In this document: positions 1-9,135 of the stretch, one piece after another
Numbering within the stretch: position 1 is the stretch's first letter
Layout of the letters: each line of letters opens with the position of its first letter
IMG/VR virus record: IMGVR_UViG_2585427741_000008
DNA: 17,467 nucleotides
From: a virus
Lineage: Duplodnaviria; Heunggongvirae; Uroviricota; Caudoviricetes
Reading direction: 5' to 3' (one strand)
Notes under the pieces: generated by a model
Told to the model about the DNA's origin: nothing
What the model saw: the letters and a program-made list of their open reading frames with translations, nothing else
Databases searched by the model: none
Made by a program: the position numbers and the translations under genes

Positions 1-144
1 TCATCACCCGGTACCACATACGCCGCCGGGAGTCTCAGCTTTCCGACCTCCGGCAGATTTTTGAACTGGGCCGCGCCTGCCACCCGGTTTTCAAAATACG
101 GACAGCGGGCACGCAGTGCAGCAATAACGGGCGTCAGTTTCATC
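1..144 (-). CDS. Phage tail/neck-associated protein, N-terminal fragment (DUF3168-like tail completion protein?); runs off the window
   Basis: Minus-strand ATG at 142-144 overlaps the stop of the upstream gene (ATGA coupling). Translation MKLTPVIAALRARCPYFENRVAGAAQFKNLPEVGKLRLPAAYVVPGDD is open to the window edge. Position after the gp10-like gene matches HK97-type gene order. Confidence 0.35.
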
Positions 145-646
145 TGTGTCGTCGCTCCGGCTTCAGTGATTTACGCAATTCCCGCGCCAGAAAATAGCGT
201 GTCCAGCTGCGGTTCTTTTCAAGCGTTTCCACCATGAAGTTATTACGTGGAGCCAGTCGCCAGCCGCTGCCACCGGATGCACCACGATGATGGCTGCGAC
301 GACGCTTTGCCCCTCGCCTCACGCCATAGAACAGAAAAGCCGGATAAAAATCACCGGTGATACGGCGGTTTCCCTCTCCATTACGCTGGTTAGGGGCTAT
401 ACGTGCCATAAAACCAGGGCGATGTTTACTGGCTCTGGGTACCATGTAACCAATCGAACGAGCCAGGCGTCCGGTCTGATAACCGGGGTTTTCACCCGGT
501 GCCGACCGCGCACGGCGCATCACCAGCCGACGGGCATCACGCATATGACGCTGACCAATCGTGACAAACGCCCGCCTGACACGGGCGCGGTTAAAGCGCA
601 TCTCCGCGGGCTGCTGAAAATCAACGTGCAAAAAGGAAGTCGTCAT
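140..646 (-). CDS. HK97 gp10-family head-tail joining protein
   Basis: 168-aa ORF with the motif GENPGYQTGRLARSI resembling the TGRLRNSI signature of the HK97 gp10 family. Lies immediately downstream of the head-closure gene. True start may be internal because the ORF overlaps the upstream gene by 26 nt. Confidence 0.55.
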   Translation of the reverse strand: MTTSFLHVDFQQPAEMRFNRARVRRAFVTIGQRHMRDARRLVMRRARSAPGENPGYQTGRLARSIGYMVPRASKHRPGFMARIAPNQRNGEGNRRITGDFYPAFLFYGVRRGAKRRRSHHRGASGGSGWRLAPRNNFMVETLEKNRSWTRYFLARELRKSLKPERRHR

Positions 647-1031
647 TGTTGCCTCCGTGACTCTGCCTACATTCGCCCAGCTCCGTACACTCCAGCAGCA
701 GAAAGCGCCGCGCCCCGTTCAGATCGCGCTGACGTTTCACCCGGTACACACTGTCACCGCAGACCACCTCATAATCAGCGGTGATCCCCCGGCGGTAACG
801 AATGGTGATGTAATGGGTGATGGCGTCCCCGGTCTGCGCGGTTTCCTGCCAGGTGGTGGCACTGGTCTGGATAACCTTCGCCCATGTCCGGAACGTAACC
901 GGGTATTGAGGCTCCACGCCAAAGTTATCCGCGGGCATATCCACCCGCAGGCGGATCAGGACGCGTTTATTCAGTTCACCGGGGTCCGGCAGAATGTAGG
1001 TTGCGCTGGTCTGCGCCTGACGAATTTTCAT
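621..1031 (-). CDS. Head closure / head-tail adaptor protein
   Basis: 136-aa ORF whose start overlaps the connector stop (ATGA at 1028-1031). Segments ITHYITIRYRRGIT and FLLLECTELG fit the head-closure family pattern, and the position is conserved. Confidence 0.55.
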   Translation of the reverse strand: MKIRQAQTSATYILPDPGELNKRVLIRLRVDMPADNFGVEPQYPVTFRTWAKVIQTSATTWQETAQTGDAITHYITIRYRRGITADYEVVCGDSVYRVKRQRDLNGARRFLLLECTELGECRQSHGGNNDDFLFAR

Positions 1032-1351
1032 TGCGGAAAGTACCTGTACGGGCCGACAAGCCAGCCAAAACTCTGCGGCATGTCGAGTTTCTCCACTTCC
1101 GTAACCGACGAGCGGTTTTCGTAAAAATGGCTGATAAGCATCAGCATCCCCAGACGAATATCATCCGGCAGGTGCAGCCCGTCCGGATCGCTGTCCGGAA
1201 TGGTTTCATCCGGAGCATAGAGCTTCCGGTTCAGATACGTTTCCGTCCGCTTTTGCGCCGCACAGGCCAGCAGTTGCAGATGGCGGTCATCAGCATCGAA
1301 ATCCTCATCCAGCCGGAGTTGGGCTTTAATCTCTTCCATTGTCAGAAGCAT
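1028..1351 (-). CDS. Head-tail connector protein (gp6-like DNA packaging/adaptor)
   Basis: 107-aa acidic protein starting MLLTMEEIKAQLRLDEDFDADD, a typical gp6-like connector N-terminus. Sits between the capsid and head-closure genes. Confidence 0.65.
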   Translation of the reverse strand: MLLTMEEIKAQLRLDEDFDADDRHLQLLACAAQKRTETYLNRKLYAPDETIPDSDPDGLHLPDDIRLGMLMLISHFYENRSSVTEVEKLDMPQSFGWLVGPYRYFPQ

Positions 1352-1353
1352 AC

Positions 1354-1554
1354 TCAGCCCTCTTTACTGGTCGTGGCTTTTTTCTCTTTTGTCGCTTTAC
1401 TGCTTTTTGCACTGGTTCCGCGCTCTGCTAACCCGGCCTGAAGTGCAATCTCCTGCACCCGGGCAGGAAGCGCCCCGTCGTCATACTCACCGGCCCGAAT
1501 GACCTCAACACGCATACCGTCCGGTGACCATTTCAGATCTTGTTTCAGGATCAT
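1354..1554 (-). CDS. Small hypothetical phage head-module protein
   Basis: 66-aa ORF tightly packed between the capsid gene and the connector (ends 3 nt before the connector start), with a lysine-rich C-terminus. No recognisable motif. Confidence 0.4.
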   Translation of the reverse strand: MILKQDLKWSPDGMRVEVIRAGEYDDGALPARVQEIALQAGLAERGTSAKSSKATKEKKATTSKEG

Positions 1555-1603
1555 GATTCTTCACCCGTCAGAACAGGGGGCGCGGTTCCACGCCCCTGAG
1601 TGA

Positions 1604-2809
1604 TTACGCCGCTGCAATCTTCAGCAGTTTGATGGCCTGCGAATCGACCAGCATCCCGCCGGTGCGCTTGGTGGTATAAAAACCGACAAACGGTTTATTG
1701 GTGTACGGGTCACGCAGAATGCGGGTGCCGATACGGTCAACGATGGTGTAACCCCGTTTGAAGTTACCAAATGCAATGGCTTTCGCATCAGCGGCGATAT
1801 CCGGCATCTGTTCGTTTTCAGCGATACCGTAACCCGCCAGAGAGGACGGCTGCCCCAGTTCCAGCCCCGGACGCCACAGATAGTTACCCTCGGTGTCTTT
1901 CAGCAGACGGATGGCAAACAGGCTGTTGTTGTTCATCATGAACTTCGCGCCAGTGCGGTGTGCCTTACGCAGCGTGTAAATCAGTTTGATAATGGCGTCT
2001 GCGGTCACCGCGGTCGCTTCGCCGGATACAATATGCTGAAGTTTGCCGAACGCCCGGACCTTGTCGGTTTCATCAGTGGATTCATACGCCAGGAACCCTT
2101 TCGGCTTCTTGGTGCCATCGCCTGAGGTAAAGGCAATTTCTTCCTGTTCGGCAAATTCGGTTGCCAGCTCGCTGTTGATCCAGGCCTCCACGTTGAAGAA
2201 GGCATCGTCCAGCATTTTCTGGGTAGCCTGCGGGTTGCCGTAGATTTCCCCCATGAGAGGTTCAATCAGCTCCAGTCTGGAGGTGGCAGTCTGGGATCGC
2301 GTATCCGTTTCCCCCACCCATCCGGAAGCCGTGCCGCCCAGATTCACCAGTTTTTTGTAGTCGGAACCGCCAACGGTGATCACCGTGGCTTCCTGACGCA
2401 TCACCACTTCATCTTTCAGCAGGTTAAGAATGTTGCGATCCAGTTCTTCCGGCACGGCGTAGCCACCGTCTTCATCGGTACCCACCTGCAATGCCTTACG
2501 CTCCAGATCGCGCAGACCGTCTTCACGGCCTTTACGCAGGAAGCCCACAAACGCCTCTTTATGCTCGGTGGCCAGTTTATTTTGCGCTCCACCAGCCGGA
2601 CGTTTCAGCTCAAGCAGCTCTTTTTCAAGGTCGCTTTTGAGATTTTCCAGCTCGCTGAGTTTCCCGTTCAGGGTTTCCACCTGCCCGGCAAGTTTGCCTT
2701 TTTCCTGCTCAATCGCATCCACGCGCTTGTCGTTCTTTGCCTTGAAGTCGTCAAACTTCTGCTGCAGCTCCTGCGCGACCTGTTCCACATCTTTAATATC
2801 AACCGCCAT
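1604..2809 (-). CDS. Major capsid protein, HK97 family
   Basis: 401-aa ORF with an N-terminal coiled-coil delta domain (KLAGQVETLNGKLSELENLKSDLEKELLELK) followed by a capsid body. Directly downstream of the prohead protease, in canonical order. Confidence 0.9.
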   Translation of the reverse strand: MAVDIKDVEQVAQELQQKFDDFKAKNDKRVDAIEQEKGKLAGQVETLNGKLSELENLKSDLEKELLELKRPAGGAQNKLATEHKEAFVGFLRKGREDGLRDLERKALQVGTDEDGGYAVPEELDRNILNLLKDEVVMRQEATVITVGGSDYKKLVNLGGTASGWVGETDTRSQTATSRLELIEPLMGEIYGNPQATQKMLDDAFFNVEAWINSELATEFAEQEEIAFTSGDGTKKPKGFLAYESTDETDKVRAFGKLQHIVSGEATAVTADAIIKLIYTLRKAHRTGAKFMMNNNSLFAIRLLKDTEGNYLWRPGLELGQPSSLAGYGIAENEQMPDIAADAKAIAFGNFKRGYTIVDRIGTRILRDPYTNKPFVGFYTTKRTGGMLVDSQAIKLLKIAAA

Positions 2810-2823
2810 CGTATTTCTCCTGA

Positions 2824-3510
2824 TTAGAAGTTCAGATTTTTCAGTGCATTCAGTGCAAAGCCCACATCCTCAGCGTCGCGCAGGGACAGTGCGCCATAGC
2901 CCCCGGCCATGAATGCTTTGGCCTGGGTACGGGAGAGTCCGACATCACGCAGGACTCTTTCGATTTTTTTCTGTTCGGGGATTTCCCCGCGGGCCAGCGC
3001 GTTCTTGACGTCGCTGATCCGCGCCTCGTCGTTAGACGGAAACGTCACCAGACTGACTTCCCAGAGGTCGATTTCTTTCAACAGAAAGGCTTCTTTGCTC
3101 CGGTCGTATTCCCAGTCTTTCAGGACGTACCCAATAGAAAGGCCGGTTAACGAACCGGCCTTCATGTGTGCATGTGCGCGTTTTGCGAGGGGATCATCAT
3201 CAATAAGCAACCGTCCCCTGACGTAAAGTCCGACATCGTCTTCCTTCATTTCAGTGTAAACACCGATGGGTTCATCCATGCGGTGCTGCCAGAGCAGCGC
3301 AGGTAACGCTTTTCTGTCACTCCACGCCCGCAGGGAAGCAGCAAATGCCCCGGACATCACCACATCATCGTGGCTGTCCTTTACACCAAAGACGGAGCCA
3401 TACCCTTCAAACTCACCGGAGTCACTGACAGATTTCAGACTCAGCGGTACATCAAGACGTTGTTTCGTCTGCATTGGCGTTATCCTTCTGCTTACCGGCT
3501 TTACTGCCAT
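2824..3510 (-). CDS. Prohead maturation protease, HK97 family (peptidase S78-like)
   Basis: 228-aa ORF between portal and capsid. N-terminal region FEGYGSVFGVKDSHDDVVMSGAF is typical of HK97-type prohead proteases. The 5' end overlaps the portal ORF, so the true start may be the internal Met (MQTKQ...). Confidence 0.8.
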   Translation of the reverse strand: MAVKPVSRRITPMQTKQRLDVPLSLKSVSDSGEFEGYGSVFGVKDSHDDVVMSGAFAASLRAWSDRKALPALLWQHRMDEPIGVYTEMKEDDVGLYVRGRLLIDDDPLAKRAHAHMKAGSLTGLSIGYVLKDWEYDRSKEAFLLKEIDLWEVSLVTFPSNDEARISDVKNALARGEIPEQKKIERVLRDVGLSRTQAKAFMAGGYGALSLRDAEDVGFALNALKNLNF

Positions 3511-4693
3511 CGGAGGGTTTCGTGGTCATGTTCATCGGTGTGAGATAGACATCCCCACCGGGACGCGGATTCATATCTTCCAGGTCGCGGCAGTCATTGG
3601 GAGAGTAAATTCCCCAGTTAATCCCGGTGGCGTAGGCTTCAAAACGGGACTTCATATCCCCGCGCAGTAACGCCCCGGCGTTAAATTTGGCGTAATAAAC
3701 GCCCTGCTTACTTTTTCGTACCAGTCCGGTGTTGATCCGCTGCTCAATGCGGGTCAGATACGGCACCAGTGAATAGTTGATAAATCCCAGCCCCAGTTCT
3801 TCGATATTGTTGAAGGTGGCACGATCGGTGTTCTGCACCATGTGCAATGGCACACGGAACAGACGACAGATTTCTTCAAGCTGAAACTTGCGGGTTTCCA
3901 GGAACTGGCTGTCCTCGGCGTTCAGCGCCATCGACTTCCAGTCCAGCCCCATCTCAAGGATCATCGGGCGGTGAGCATTGCCAAGCCCGGTGTGACGCTC
4001 CTCAAAATCTTTCTTCAGGCGCTCATAAGCCTGATCTGACAGCGTCTGCTCTGTACGCAACACACCCGACGTCACCGCGCCATTGCTGAACAGTCTGGCC
4101 CCGTGCTCTTCGGTCGCAGCTGCCAGCGATATTGCCTCGCGGGCATAGGCGATGGGATTCAGCCCCACCAGTCCGTCCAGCGTCAGCGTACGCACATGCC
4201 AGATATCCTCCTGGCTCAGTACATCCGTGGAGCCATCCGGGAATGTGACCTGATAGATCGGCTCCCAGCTACTGTTAAGCTTCGGTACCACACAGCCGGG
4301 ATCGACGGGCAGCAGTTCAGCCACTTCGCCAAATGCTTTCACTTTGTAGGCGTAAAAGTTTCCCCGCAGGCACAGACAGGTGACCACCAGCTCCCAGAAC
4401 TCCTGCGGCGTCATATAGCCATTGGGATGCGTGGAGATCAGCTTATGCAGACGTTCGCCAGTGGCTCTCTGCTTCAGGCTGCCGTTCAGGTGATACAGGT
4501 TGCAGGGCAACATCCCGACCGACTCCGCCAGCACCCTGACGCAGGAAAAAACCGCCGTCAGTCGCATGGCCCTCTGGCTGCTGATCTGCTTTCCGGTATA
4601 GGTGTCGTATGACAGCCCGATAGCATCCGCCAGCTCTGCTGGCGTGGTCACCGGTGCGTCACTTTTTCGTTGAAATAATCCCGAAAAGAACAC
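3452..4693 (-). CDS. Portal protein, HK97 family
   Basis: 413-aa ORF immediately downstream of the terminase large subunit and a small membrane ORF. Size and position fit a portal protein. Confidence 0.85.
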   Translation of the reverse strand: MFFSGLFQRKSDAPVTTPAELADAIGLSYDTYTGKQISSQRAMRLTAVFSCVRVLAESVGMLPCNLYHLNGSLKQRATGERLHKLISTHPNGYMTPQEFWELVVTCLCLRGNFYAYKVKAFGEVAELLPVDPGCVVPKLNSSWEPIYQVTFPDGSTDVLSQEDIWHVRTLTLDGLVGLNPIAYAREAISLAAATEEHGARLFSNGAVTSGVLRTEQTLSDQAYERLKKDFEERHTGLGNAHRPMILEMGLDWKSMALNAEDSQFLETRKFQLEEICRLFRVPLHMVQNTDRATFNNIEELGLGFINYSLVPYLTRIEQRINTGLVRKSKQGVYYAKFNAGALLRGDMKSRFEAYATGINWGIYSPNDCRDLEDMNPRPGGDVYLTPMNMTTKPSDGSKAGKQKDNANADETTS

Positions 4694-4875
4694 TATTTAC
4701 CTCCACCAACAGACATCTGTGTACGGTCGAGATATCGCGCCACCAGCCACGACCAGAACAGGCACAACGCCCCGGCAACAACAAACCCCGCAGGGGGATA
4801 AATCAGCCAGGCACCATACGCCAGCAAAAGCACCCCCAGCACGCCCACCAGAGGCGCGAGAATCAGCATGATCAT
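4693..4875 (-). CDS. Small hydrophobic (membrane) protein, unknown function
   Basis: 60-aa ORF, almost entirely hydrophobic ([26 protein letters not shown]...), wedged between terL and portal with start/stop coupling to both. Confidence 0.4.
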   Translation of the reverse strand: MIMLILAPLVGVLGVLLLAYGAWLIYPPAGFVVAGALCLFWSWLVARYLDRTQMSVGGGK

Positions 4876-4886
4876 AATTACCTCAG

Positions 4887-6620
4887 TTAAAGCGAGCGGA
4901 TCCCGTAGGACTCAATGTGATCAGACAGCGTGTCTTCTTTCTCGTACAGCATGGCTCTGCCAACCGCCATAATCAGCGCAACTGCACCGTCAATTTTGTT
5001 TTCCGCCTGCTCTTTGACGGGTTTCACCACATCATCGTTACCCGGCATGTTTTTGCCGACCACGTTGCCGATACACCAGGTCATGATGGGATTGCCGTCA
5101 TGATGAAAGCGTCCCGATTCAATCGCTGCTTCCAGCTCTTTCATCGGATCGGACATATTGGTGAAGTTCTGGAAGATAGTGACGGGATTCAGGTCTTCAT
5201 CAGCAAGGTCATGTGACAGCCCGGTCGCCCCGAAGGGGTCGATGGGTGACTCGCTGACCGGGCTGATTTTGTTCGCCGCTTTGGCCTCTTCGAGGATGTA
5301 GCGATAATCCACCTCTGCACCATCGGTAACGGTCAGGACGCCCATTTCCACCCATTTCTGAAAGCGTTCGGCTGTCCGGCGATCTTCATTTTTCTCGACG
5401 CTGTACACCGTGTCATACGGTACCCAGAAACGCGGGGCCACACTGTAGTAATGCGTTTTACCTTCAATCTCGCGGGTATAAAGTCGCGCCATGCTGTTCA
5501 TATCCAGTTTACGCGCCAGGTCAAAGGCCAGAATGCACGGCTGCCCCTCGAATTGCTCAAGAGTCAGTGATTTATCCTCGCAGCTCTGCCAGCTCACCAG
5601 GTTGAAATACGCCGAACGCGCCGACACCCAGATATTGAGGTGTTTTGTTTTAAAGACGTTTGCCAGACGGGCGTTATTTTTCGCACGCTGTTGCTGACTT
5701 AACAAAAACTCACGGTAAACCGACACCCCGATATTCGGGTTGGCTTTTTCCAGCACCTGTGGGTTGGTCCAGTCGTCACCTTCGTCAACGGTATAGATGA
5801 TCCCGAACAGTTCATCGTTGGGTACCGAACCGTTGAGCATCTCGATAACTTCCCGCCGTTTGTCGTAGCACGGCCCCTCAATGTTGTACCCGGCGGTAGT
5901 GATAGCCCACATCAGTGGCTGACGTCGCGCCCCCATCCCGGTAAGCATCGTGGTGTAAAGCGCATCTGTGGCGTGCTCGTGATATTCATCCACCACCGCA
6001 CAGTGGGGTGATGAACCATCACCGGGGTTACCGATCAGCGGTTCAAAACGCGCACCATCCTCCGGACGGTTCATGTTTGAGGCGTTAACCTCAATCCCGA
6101 ACGCTTCCGTCAGCATGGGTGTGCGTTTACACATCAGTCTTGCCGGACGAAAGACTTCCCATGCCTGTTTCTCCGTCGTGGCACCGGAATACACTTCCGC
6201 GCCGAACTCGTTATCACAGGCAAAACAATACAGGGCGACACCGGCAGAGATTGCCGATTTGCCGTTCTTACGGGGGATTTCGGTATACACCTCACGGAAG
6301 CGGCGCAGCCGGGAGCCTTTATTGACCCAGCCAAATGCGCAGCAGATCACAAAGAGCTGCCACGGCTCCAGCGTGATGGGCATCCGTTTAAATGCCCACT
6401 CACCCTTGGTGTGCGGCAACAGCTGAATAAATTTGGCGGCCCGTTCAGCCAGATCCTTGTCGAAGCGGTAACGAAACGACTTACTTTTTTCCGCCATCAG
6501 GTCATCAAGATGGCGCTGGCAGGCCTGAATCACAAACTGGCAGGCCACAATCTTTCCGCGCACGACATCCCGGGCATACTGATTGGCAGCATTTACGTTG
6601 GGGTAAGATTTCCGGCTCAT
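4887..6620 (-). CDS. Terminase large subunit
   Basis: 577-aa ORF with Walker A-like PRKNGKS and Walker B-like CAVVDEYHE. Follows the small terminase subunit. Confidence 0.9.
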   Translation of the reverse strand: MSRKSYPNVNAANQYARDVVRGKIVACQFVIQACQRHLDDLMAEKSKSFRYRFDKDLAERAAKFIQLLPHTKGEWAFKRMPITLEPWQLFVICCAFGWVNKGSRLRRFREVYTEIPRKNGKSAISAGVALYCFACDNEFGAEVYSGATTEKQAWEVFRPARLMCKRTPMLTEAFGIEVNASNMNRPEDGARFEPLIGNPGDGSSPHCAVVDEYHEHATDALYTTMLTGMGARRQPLMWAITTAGYNIEGPCYDKRREVIEMLNGSVPNDELFGIIYTVDEGDDWTNPQVLEKANPNIGVSVYREFLLSQQQRAKNNARLANVFKTKHLNIWVSARSAYFNLVSWQSCEDKSLTLEQFEGQPCILAFDLARKLDMNSMARLYTREIEGKTHYYSVAPRFWVPYDTVYSVEKNEDRRTAERFQKWVEMGVLTVTDGAEVDYRYILEEAKAANKISPVSESPIDPFGATGLSHDLADEDLNPVTIFQNFTNMSDPMKELEAAIESGRFHHDGNPIMTWCIGNVVGKNMPGNDDVVKPVKEQAENKIDGAVALIMAVGRAMLYEKEDTLSDHIESYGIRSL

Positions 6621-6633
6621 GATTCGATGATTT

Positions 6634-7128
6634 TCAGATTGTCAGAAACGGGTTAGTGGCTTTCTTCTTCCCCGCCAGGCCAATCAGACGCTGGCGGCTG
6701 CTGGGGTCGAGTCCGAGCATTGCCCCCGTGCTGCTCATCTCGGACTCCTGTTCTTTTTTGGCGGTCAGCTCCGGATTTTTGACCATGCCACCCATTGCAC
6801 CGGTGATGGTGTTACCCTGTCTGGCAATATTTTTCACGGCACGTCGCCAGAACTCATAGGCCACACACCACCGCTCAAGTACCGCCAGGTCAGTCACGCA
6901 CAGCAGGCCCTGACCGCAGAGTTCTTTGGTTGTCAGTTGCCACATGATCGTGGCGAGAGGGAGATCTTCTTCAGCGAACCACTCCGGTGGCTCAACACCT
7001 TTGATGGGCGTAAAAACAGGTTCATCTTTATTCAGGGCTCGCTTGCCGGGGTTTCCGGCCAGCGCCTTGCGCGCCGTTGGCTTGGGGCGACGCCCGGAAC
7101 GCCCCGCCGTTCCAGCCATATGCGGCAC
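6634..7128 (-). CDS. Terminase small subunit (P27-family-like)
   Basis: 164-aa ORF with a basic N-terminus ([29 protein letters not shown]) typical of P27-family small terminases. Immediately upstream of terL. Confidence 0.8.
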   Translation of the reverse strand: MPHMAGTAGRSGRRPKPTARKALAGNPGKRALNKDEPVFTPIKGVEPPEWFAEEDLPLATIMWQLTTKELCGQGLLCVTDLAVLERWCVAYEFWRRAVKNIARQGNTITGAMGGMVKNPELTAKKEQESEMSSTGAMLGLDPSSRQRLIGLAGKKKATNPFLTI

Positions 7129-7243
7129 TCCAGGTTAAATTTCATTTTTCGCGGGTATAAAAAAACGATGGGGCGGGCAGTCCTGAAGGCGTCAGGTCAC
7201 AGGGATTTGGCCCGCCCTCCCCTCTGGCAGTGGGAACTGGTTC
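7129..7243. other. Candidate cos / packaging-recognition region (HNH-terS intergenic), also carrying a minus-strand terminator-like structure
   Basis: GC-rich inverted repeat GGGCGGGC (7171-7178) / GCCCGCCC (7210-7217) enclosing a nested hairpin CCTGA-AGGCG-TCAGG (7182-7196). On the minus transcript a U-run follows (complement of the A-run at 7160-7166). Location between HNH and terS is where HK97-type phages carry cos. Confidence 0.35.
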
Positions 7244-7615
7244 TTACTTCAGCCGTTCACGGGCCGTCTTCGCCTTATGACACGGCCAGCACAGGCTCTG
7301 CAGATTGCTGTCGACATCAGTGCCGCCATGCGATTTAGGGATGATGTGGTCAACGGTCTTCGCCTCACGCACCACACCAGCACGCAGACATAACTGACAC
7401 AGGCCTTTGTCACGCTTCAGGACACGCGCGCGGATACTGTCCCACTTGGTATCGTAGCCACGCTGGTGGCGGGATTGTCCTGGTTTGTACTGACGCCAGC
7501 CTTCGCCTTTGTGTTGCTCGCAGTAGCCTGACGGGTCAGTGGTTGTCGATCGGCAGCCGCGAACACGGCAGGCTTTAGGTGTTCGTGGTGGCATAAATAT
7601 ATCCTTAGTATTCAA
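7244..7615 (-). CDS. HNH endonuclease (terminase-associated)
   Basis: 123-aa ORF with the HNH motif CQLCLRAGVVREAKTVDHIIPKSHGGTDVDSNLQSLCWPCHKAK. Adjacent to terS and the putative cos. Confidence 0.85.
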   Translation of the reverse strand: MNTKDIFMPPRTPKACRVRGCRSTTTDPSGYCEQHKGEGWRQYKPGQSRHQRGYDTKWDSIRARVLKRDKGLCQLCLRAGVVREAKTVDHIIPKSHGGTDVDSNLQSLCWPCHKAKTARERLK

Positions 7616-7709
7616 ATCACAACAACAGGTTTCCTATGGTGATGAGCGCCAGGGGTCTGTACAATTACTCTAATCACCCCCGTCAATAACGTTACAATTA
7701 GGAGGTTCA

Positions 7710-8567
7710 GTGTTAAATCCTATCAGCTTATTTTCAGTAAAATTAACCTGCTACCACAATGATAGAGAAATTATGGTAGGAACAGGTTTTCTTTATAGCC
7801 ATGAAGATTATAGAGACCCAATCTTAATAACAAACTACCATGTCCTAACCTGTAGAGAACCCAAAAACCCAGCATCCTTAATGAACAATATAGGATCCTC
7901 ACCAAATAAAATAAAATGTCACATTTGGGCTCCGAATGGCTCGTCCTGCCATACATTTTATATCAATATTGATGAACACACGGAATGGTTAGAACATCCC
8001 TTAAGGGCTAATGGGGTGGATATTGTTGGCATTCCCATAATCTTTACTAGCGATGTAGGCTATACAACACAAAACGATATTAACAACACCGACACAATTC
8101 CACTTCACGTTGCATCAGACTTATCAATCGTGGGTTATCCCCTTGGTTTATCTGTAAATGAGCATTTACCAATTTGGAAAAATGGAGTGATTGCCAGTGA
8201 ACCAGACGTTAAAATATCCGGCCTTGACTATTTCTATATTGATGCAACAACCAAGGAAGGCATGTCTGGATCTCCTGTATTTTCTCATGAATATACTACT
8301 CAAATTATAGTTTCACCAGAAGTGCATGCTTTATATCAGCGTCGCCAGCGAGGCGAACTAGATGCTTTGCAATTTATCTCTTCAATACCATCTGAGTCAC
8401 TAAACAACACCATTCAAGTAAAAAAATTCAAATTAATTGGTATTTATTCTGGACGAGTGACAGTAGGAACATCTATGCCAGATATAGGTATAGTTTGGAA
8501 GCTTAGTCTAATTGAGGAAATGCTTTCGTCCAAAAATTTGGTCAAATCAGAATATCCACCTTACTAA
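7710..8567 (+). CDS. Trypsin-like (S1/Trypsin_2-type) serine protease with an ~85-aa C-terminal extension of unknown function; AT-rich cargo gene
   Basis: 285-aa ORF with a GTG start at 7710 preceded by AGGAGG (7700-7705). Putative triad His44 (GTGFLYS...ILITNYHVL, codon 7839-7841), Asp104 (NGVDIVGI) and Ser186 (GMSGSPVF, codon 8265-8267). About 33% GC in a sampled 60-nt stretch versus about 47% in a sampled flank. Opposite strand to all flanking phage genes. Confidence 0.7.
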   Translation: MLNPISLFSVKLTCYHNDREIMVGTGFLYSHEDYRDPILITNYHVLTCREPKNPASLMNNIGSSPNKIKCHIWAPNGSSCHTFYINIDEHTEWLEHPLRANGVDIVGIPIIFTSDVGYTTQNDINNTDTIPLHVASDLSIVGYPLGLSVNEHLPIWKNGVIASEPDVKISGLDYFYIDATTKEGMSGSPVFSHEYTTQIIVSPEVHALYQRRQRGELDALQFISSIPSESLNNTIQVKKFKLIGIYSGRVTVGTSMPDIGIVWKLSLIEEMLSSKNLVKSEYPPY

Positions 8568-8624
8568 TCACTTTTCATAAGGGAGATATTGCACCTAATT
8601 GACAGTTTTCCGTTCTGGTTAGGA

Positions 8625-8870
8625 TCACTGTTGATTAATCTCCCTTAAATCAACTTTATCCCGATTACACTGCCCCAACGCTGATAACAGACTGACGTTC
8701 AAATCCAGGCTACCACCATAGGTCAACGGATCAGGAATCACTGGTTGCGGGGTTTCAGCGGTCAGATTCGCCGGTAATGGTACCGCCGGAACTTGCACGT
8801 AAACTGTCCGCGTACTTCCGCAACCGCTCAGCAGCGGCAGCAGGCACAAGGCGTGCAGCACAATCATCAT
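8625..8870 (-). CDS. Rz1: Rz1-like o-spanin (outer-membrane lipoprotein)
   Basis: Internal start MMIVLHALCLLPLLSGCGS gives a lipoprotein signal peptide with lipobox LLSGC, then a proline-rich mature part. Overlaps the 3' part of Rz in a different frame. The ORF track extends the frame upstream to 8936. Confidence 0.6.
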   Translation of the reverse strand: MMIVLHALCLLPLLSGCGSTRTVYVQVPAVPLPANLTAETPQPVIPDPLTYGGSLDLNVSLLSALGQCNRDKVDLREINQQ

Positions 8871-9135
8871 CCGCAACAGCCACTTTGATATCTTTCTGGA
8901 TTCTCTGTGACTCCTGTGCGATCTGCTGTTTTGCATGCTGGTTAACCTCTATAACTGTATTGACGATTTGCAGTGATTGCAGGACGTTACGGGTAATGGC
9001 TGTTGCAGATTCAGCATTTTGTACAGCCTCATCAGCACGTTTCTTTTCGTGCTGATATTTGCTGTAGTAGTGGTTGGCCGACCAGATGAAAGAACCGATG
9101 ACAGCAGCGATAACCAGCTTATAGCTCAACTTCAT
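8755..9135 (-). CDS. Rz: Rz-like i-spanin
   Basis: 126-aa ORF with an N-terminal transmembrane segment (KLVIAAVIGSFIWSANHYY) and a coiled-coil-like, Q/A-rich periplasmic region. Immediately downstream of the endolysin. Confidence 0.75.
   Translation of the reverse strand: MKLSYKLVIAAVIGSFIWSANHYYSKYQHEKKRADEAVQNAESATAITRNVLQSLQIVNTVIEVNQHAKQQIAQESQRIQKDIKVAVADDDCAARLVPAAAAERLRKYADSLRASSGGTITGESDR

Noticed and set aside
1571-1600. Imperfect GC-rich hairpin just downstream (minus strand) of the major capsid gene stop
   Set aside because: The stem needs a bulge and no U-tract follows. It may be a transcript-stabilising stem-loop, but it is not convincing as a terminator.
287-7338. Many plus-strand ORFs of 60-170 aa in the six-frame track across the structural module (e.g. 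287-784, 657-1124, 1001-1441, 2561-2912, 2909-3226, 3266-3670, 3842-4089, 4103-4612, 4654-4890, 4917-5216, 6073-6426, 6937-7338)
   Set aside because: They lie antisense to, and wholly overlapped by, well-supported minus-strand phage genes in GC-rich DNA where long spurious open frames are expected. Their translations are Arg/Pro/Ser-rich low-complexity sequences without motifs.
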